The position numbers and the translations under genes are program-made. This document shows, in pieces, positions 61,803 through 64,000 of a DNA stretch of 64,000 nucleotides (position 1 is the stretch's first letter; every line of letters begins with the position of its first letter). The stretch is from a phage. The DNA is taken from sequence record PZ445437.1, one strand, 5' to 3'. Under the pieces are notes generated by a model. The model ran no database searches. It saw only the letters and a list, made by a program, of their open reading frames with translations, and had not been told where the DNA came from.

Positions 61803-62165
61803 TTAAAAGAATTTAAACTTTTTCTTTGATCTTTTATTAAATGCATCTTGTAGTTGCATTGTAATACATTTTTCTACATGAGGAGCTAACTCAGCTTTTC
61901 TTTCTTGGTCAAGAACAGCAAAGTCCATTACAACCTTTCCATCAACCCAATCCAGTTTAGTTACATACACTATATGCGTAGAACCATCTTCTAGTTTAAT
62001 GACAATCTCCTGGATAACATTTTCCATAGCAGATTTAATTATCTTAAGAGACTCATTAAAAAGACGTTCTTTTCTTTCTTCTTCCCCCTCCGAAGAGGGG
62101 GATTCATCGATAATTTCTAGATCTAAATCTAAATCATCTTTATTCATTAAATTCTTCCATATCAC
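61803..62165 (-). CDS. 40: gp40-position acidic protein (120 aa)
   Basis: Position between 41 and uvsX. Confidence 0.55.
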   Translation of the reverse strand: MIWKNLMNKDDLDLDLEIIDESPSSEGEEERKERLFNESLKIIKSAMENVIQEIVIKLEDGSTHIVYVTKLDWVDGKVVMDFAVLDQERKAELAPHVEKCITMQLQDAFNKRSKKKFKFF

Positions 62166-63321
62166 TTAACTGTTCGAGGTCAGTTTCTAAATCAGCAGCT
62201 GATTTACTTTTACTTTCTGGAGATTTAAATTTTTCAACCTTTGAGTTAATCAATTCATCAACTTCAGCTTCAACAATTTCATTACTATCAATAGCACCTA
62301 ACTGATAAGCACGTTTAATAGCATCTCGGAATGGTTGATGCTTAAATAAAGGACCCCAGAATGTAGTGCAGTTGGTATCTTTTGCACGCCAAGATTTTTC
62401 TTCGCGAATCATCTCACCGGTTTCTTCATCAAGAAATTCACGGGCATACCAGCCATTTTTAGGTTTTACTACAAATCCTAATTCTAGAGCCATATCTAAC
62501 AATCCAGAATAAGGATCGATACCACCGTCAAATTTAACATCAATAAAGAATTTACTTTTTTCTTTAACGGTACGAGATTTTTCTACATTTAGAACAAATT
62601 GATACCCCTGAAGATCAGAACCATCTTTAATCTGGCGTTTACCGATAATGAATACAGTATCAGCCGAATACATTACGCCTGTACCACCTGTCATCACGGT
62701 TTTACTAAACATTTCAATTGTTTCAATTGTATGGTTAACCGCAACACATGGAATATTTTTAATGCTAAAATAAGGAGTAACAATACGGAATAATGACTTC
62801 AGTGATTTAGCACGAGTCATATCTGCCACAGATTTTTCATTCAAGGCGTCTTCCGTTTCTTTCTTAGAAGCCATATTACCAATTGAGTCGATGAATACAA
62901 TAACCTTTTCACCGCGCTCAATAGCTTCAAGCTGGTTCACCATATCAATTTTCAGCTGTTCAACTGACTGAATTGGCGTATGAATTACTCGTTCTGGGTC
63001 AACTCCCATGGATCGTAAATAAGCTGGAGTAATACCAAATTCACTATCATAGAATAGACAAACCGCGTCAGGATATTTGTTCAAATATGCCGCAACCATA
63101 GTCAAAGACATATTTGATTTAAAGTGTTTAGAAGGCCCTGCGAAAATAGTTAAACCAGACTGCATGCCGCCATCAATCGCACCAGAAATAGCAATATTAA
63201 GCATTGGGATTTTTGTACGGATTACATCCTTTTCATTAAAGAATTTAGATGTAGTCAGTTCAGCAGTCATTTTAGAAGTGGAAGCTTTAATCAAACGGGA
63301 TTTTAAATCTGCAATAGACAT
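62140..63321 (-). CDS. uvsX: UvsX RecA-like recombinase (393 aa)
   Basis: Walker A GPSKHFKS; sequence recognised as T4 UvsX. Confidence 0.95.
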   Translation of the reverse strand: MSIADLKSRLIKASTSKMTAELTTSKFFNEKDVIRTKIPMLNIAISGAIDGGMQSGLTIFAGPSKHFKSNMSLTMVAAYLNKYPDAVCLFYDSEFGITPAYLRSMGVDPERVIHTPIQSVEQLKIDMVNQLEAIERGEKVIVFIDSIGNMASKKETEDALNEKSVADMTRAKSLKSLFRIVTPYFSIKNIPCVAVNHTIETIEMFSKTVMTGGTGVMYSADTVFIIGKRQIKDGSDLQGYQFVLNVEKSRTVKEKSKFFIDVKFDGGIDPYSGLLDMALELGFVVKPKNGWYAREFLDEETGEMIREEKSWRAKDTNCTTFWGPLFKHQPFRDAIKRAYQLGAIDSNEIVEAEVDELINSKVEKFKSPESKSKSAADLETDLEQLSDMEEFNE

Positions 63322-63398
63322 TCATTTTTTCCATAGGCATCATTATATTTTCCTCACTGGTTAAAGATAGAGTAATTATAACACAATAAATTTAGGCA

Positions 63399-64000
63399 TT
63401 AATCAACTGCTATTGGATGAATAGCATTAAACTTATGAAATGCTTCTGATTTTTCTTTGCGCGAAACACACATGCGAAGAACCTTTAATGGCTCGTCTTC
63501 TTCACCCAACGATTTTCGTTTTTCAATATTAGAAGTTTTCCAACGAGCTTGCTCTGGAAACTCTATATTGATTTGCTCAAGCGCTCTATTATGTTTAGAA
63601 TTACTGCGAATTGAACTGCACCCGCCAGGAGCTTGTGCTTTTCCAGATACAACTAGATATTTGAACAAGGCCAAATGCGGATAACCTTGATTAATTAAAT
63701 TGAGAAATGCATACATATCTTCGCATAAATCAATTTTTCCATACCCAATTTGTTCTGTAGTAAGTTTTCCAAGGTCATACCATGTATTCGTGAATCCATA
63801 TGAATTTTCACGATAATTACCCCAAGATGAAGTAATTTTAAAAATAGGTAGACGAGCATGGCCATGATAATACCCACAATCCATGGCATCCTCAACATAT
63901 TGAATCAATTCATAGAACTGTTCACGAGTCAATTGATTGACTTTATCTACGCAACGACGATCATCTCTTTTTCGCATTGAACTCATACGAATAGTAGTAT
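63399..64000 (-). CDS. hypothetical protein, probably partial (frame open to right edge)
   Basis: ORF track 63399..63986, but no in-frame stop between 63986 and 64000; does not resemble T4 beta-glucosyltransferase as I recall it. Confidence 0.5.
   Translation of the reverse strand, partial: TTIRMSSMRKRDDRRCVDKVNQLTREQFYELIQYVEDAMDCGYYHGHARLPIFKITSSWGNYRENSYGFTNTWYDLGKLTTEQIGYGKIDLCEDMYAFLNLINQGYPHLALFKYLVVSGKAQAPGGCSSIRSNSKHNRALEQINIEFPEQARWKTSNIEKRKSLGEEDEPLKVLRMCVSRKEKSEAFHKFNAIHPIAVD

Overview
This window is a contiguous stretch of a T4-like (T-even, Tequatrovirus-type) coliphage genome, read almost entirely from recognisable protein sequences in the ORF track. The minus strand carries the early/middle region in T4 order: rIII, 31, cd, pseT, alc, 63, denA, nrdB, nrdA, td, frd, 32, 59, 33, dsbA, rnh, then asiA, arn, motA, 52, stp, ndd, denB, rIIB, rIIA, 39, motB, dexA, dda, srd, modA, modB, soc, 56, 61, dmd, 41, 40, uvsX. 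The plus strand carries the late long-tail-fibre and lysis block 34-35-36-37-38-t. It is not T4 itself: nrdB holds a group I intron with a full-length HNH endonuclease, td is uninterrupted, gene 39 is one unsplit ORF, gp37/gp38 are the T2-type adhesin pair, and dam, segF and mobE appear absent at their expected T4 positions. I found no CRISPR array, rRNA or tRNA gene, and no convincing evidence of a wholly new multi-gene system; the most unusual items are listed as findings. Coordinates taken from the ORF track are exact; starts I re-derived by hand and small ORFs absent from the track may be off by 1-3 nt. All homology statements are from memory of T4 proteins, not from a database search.
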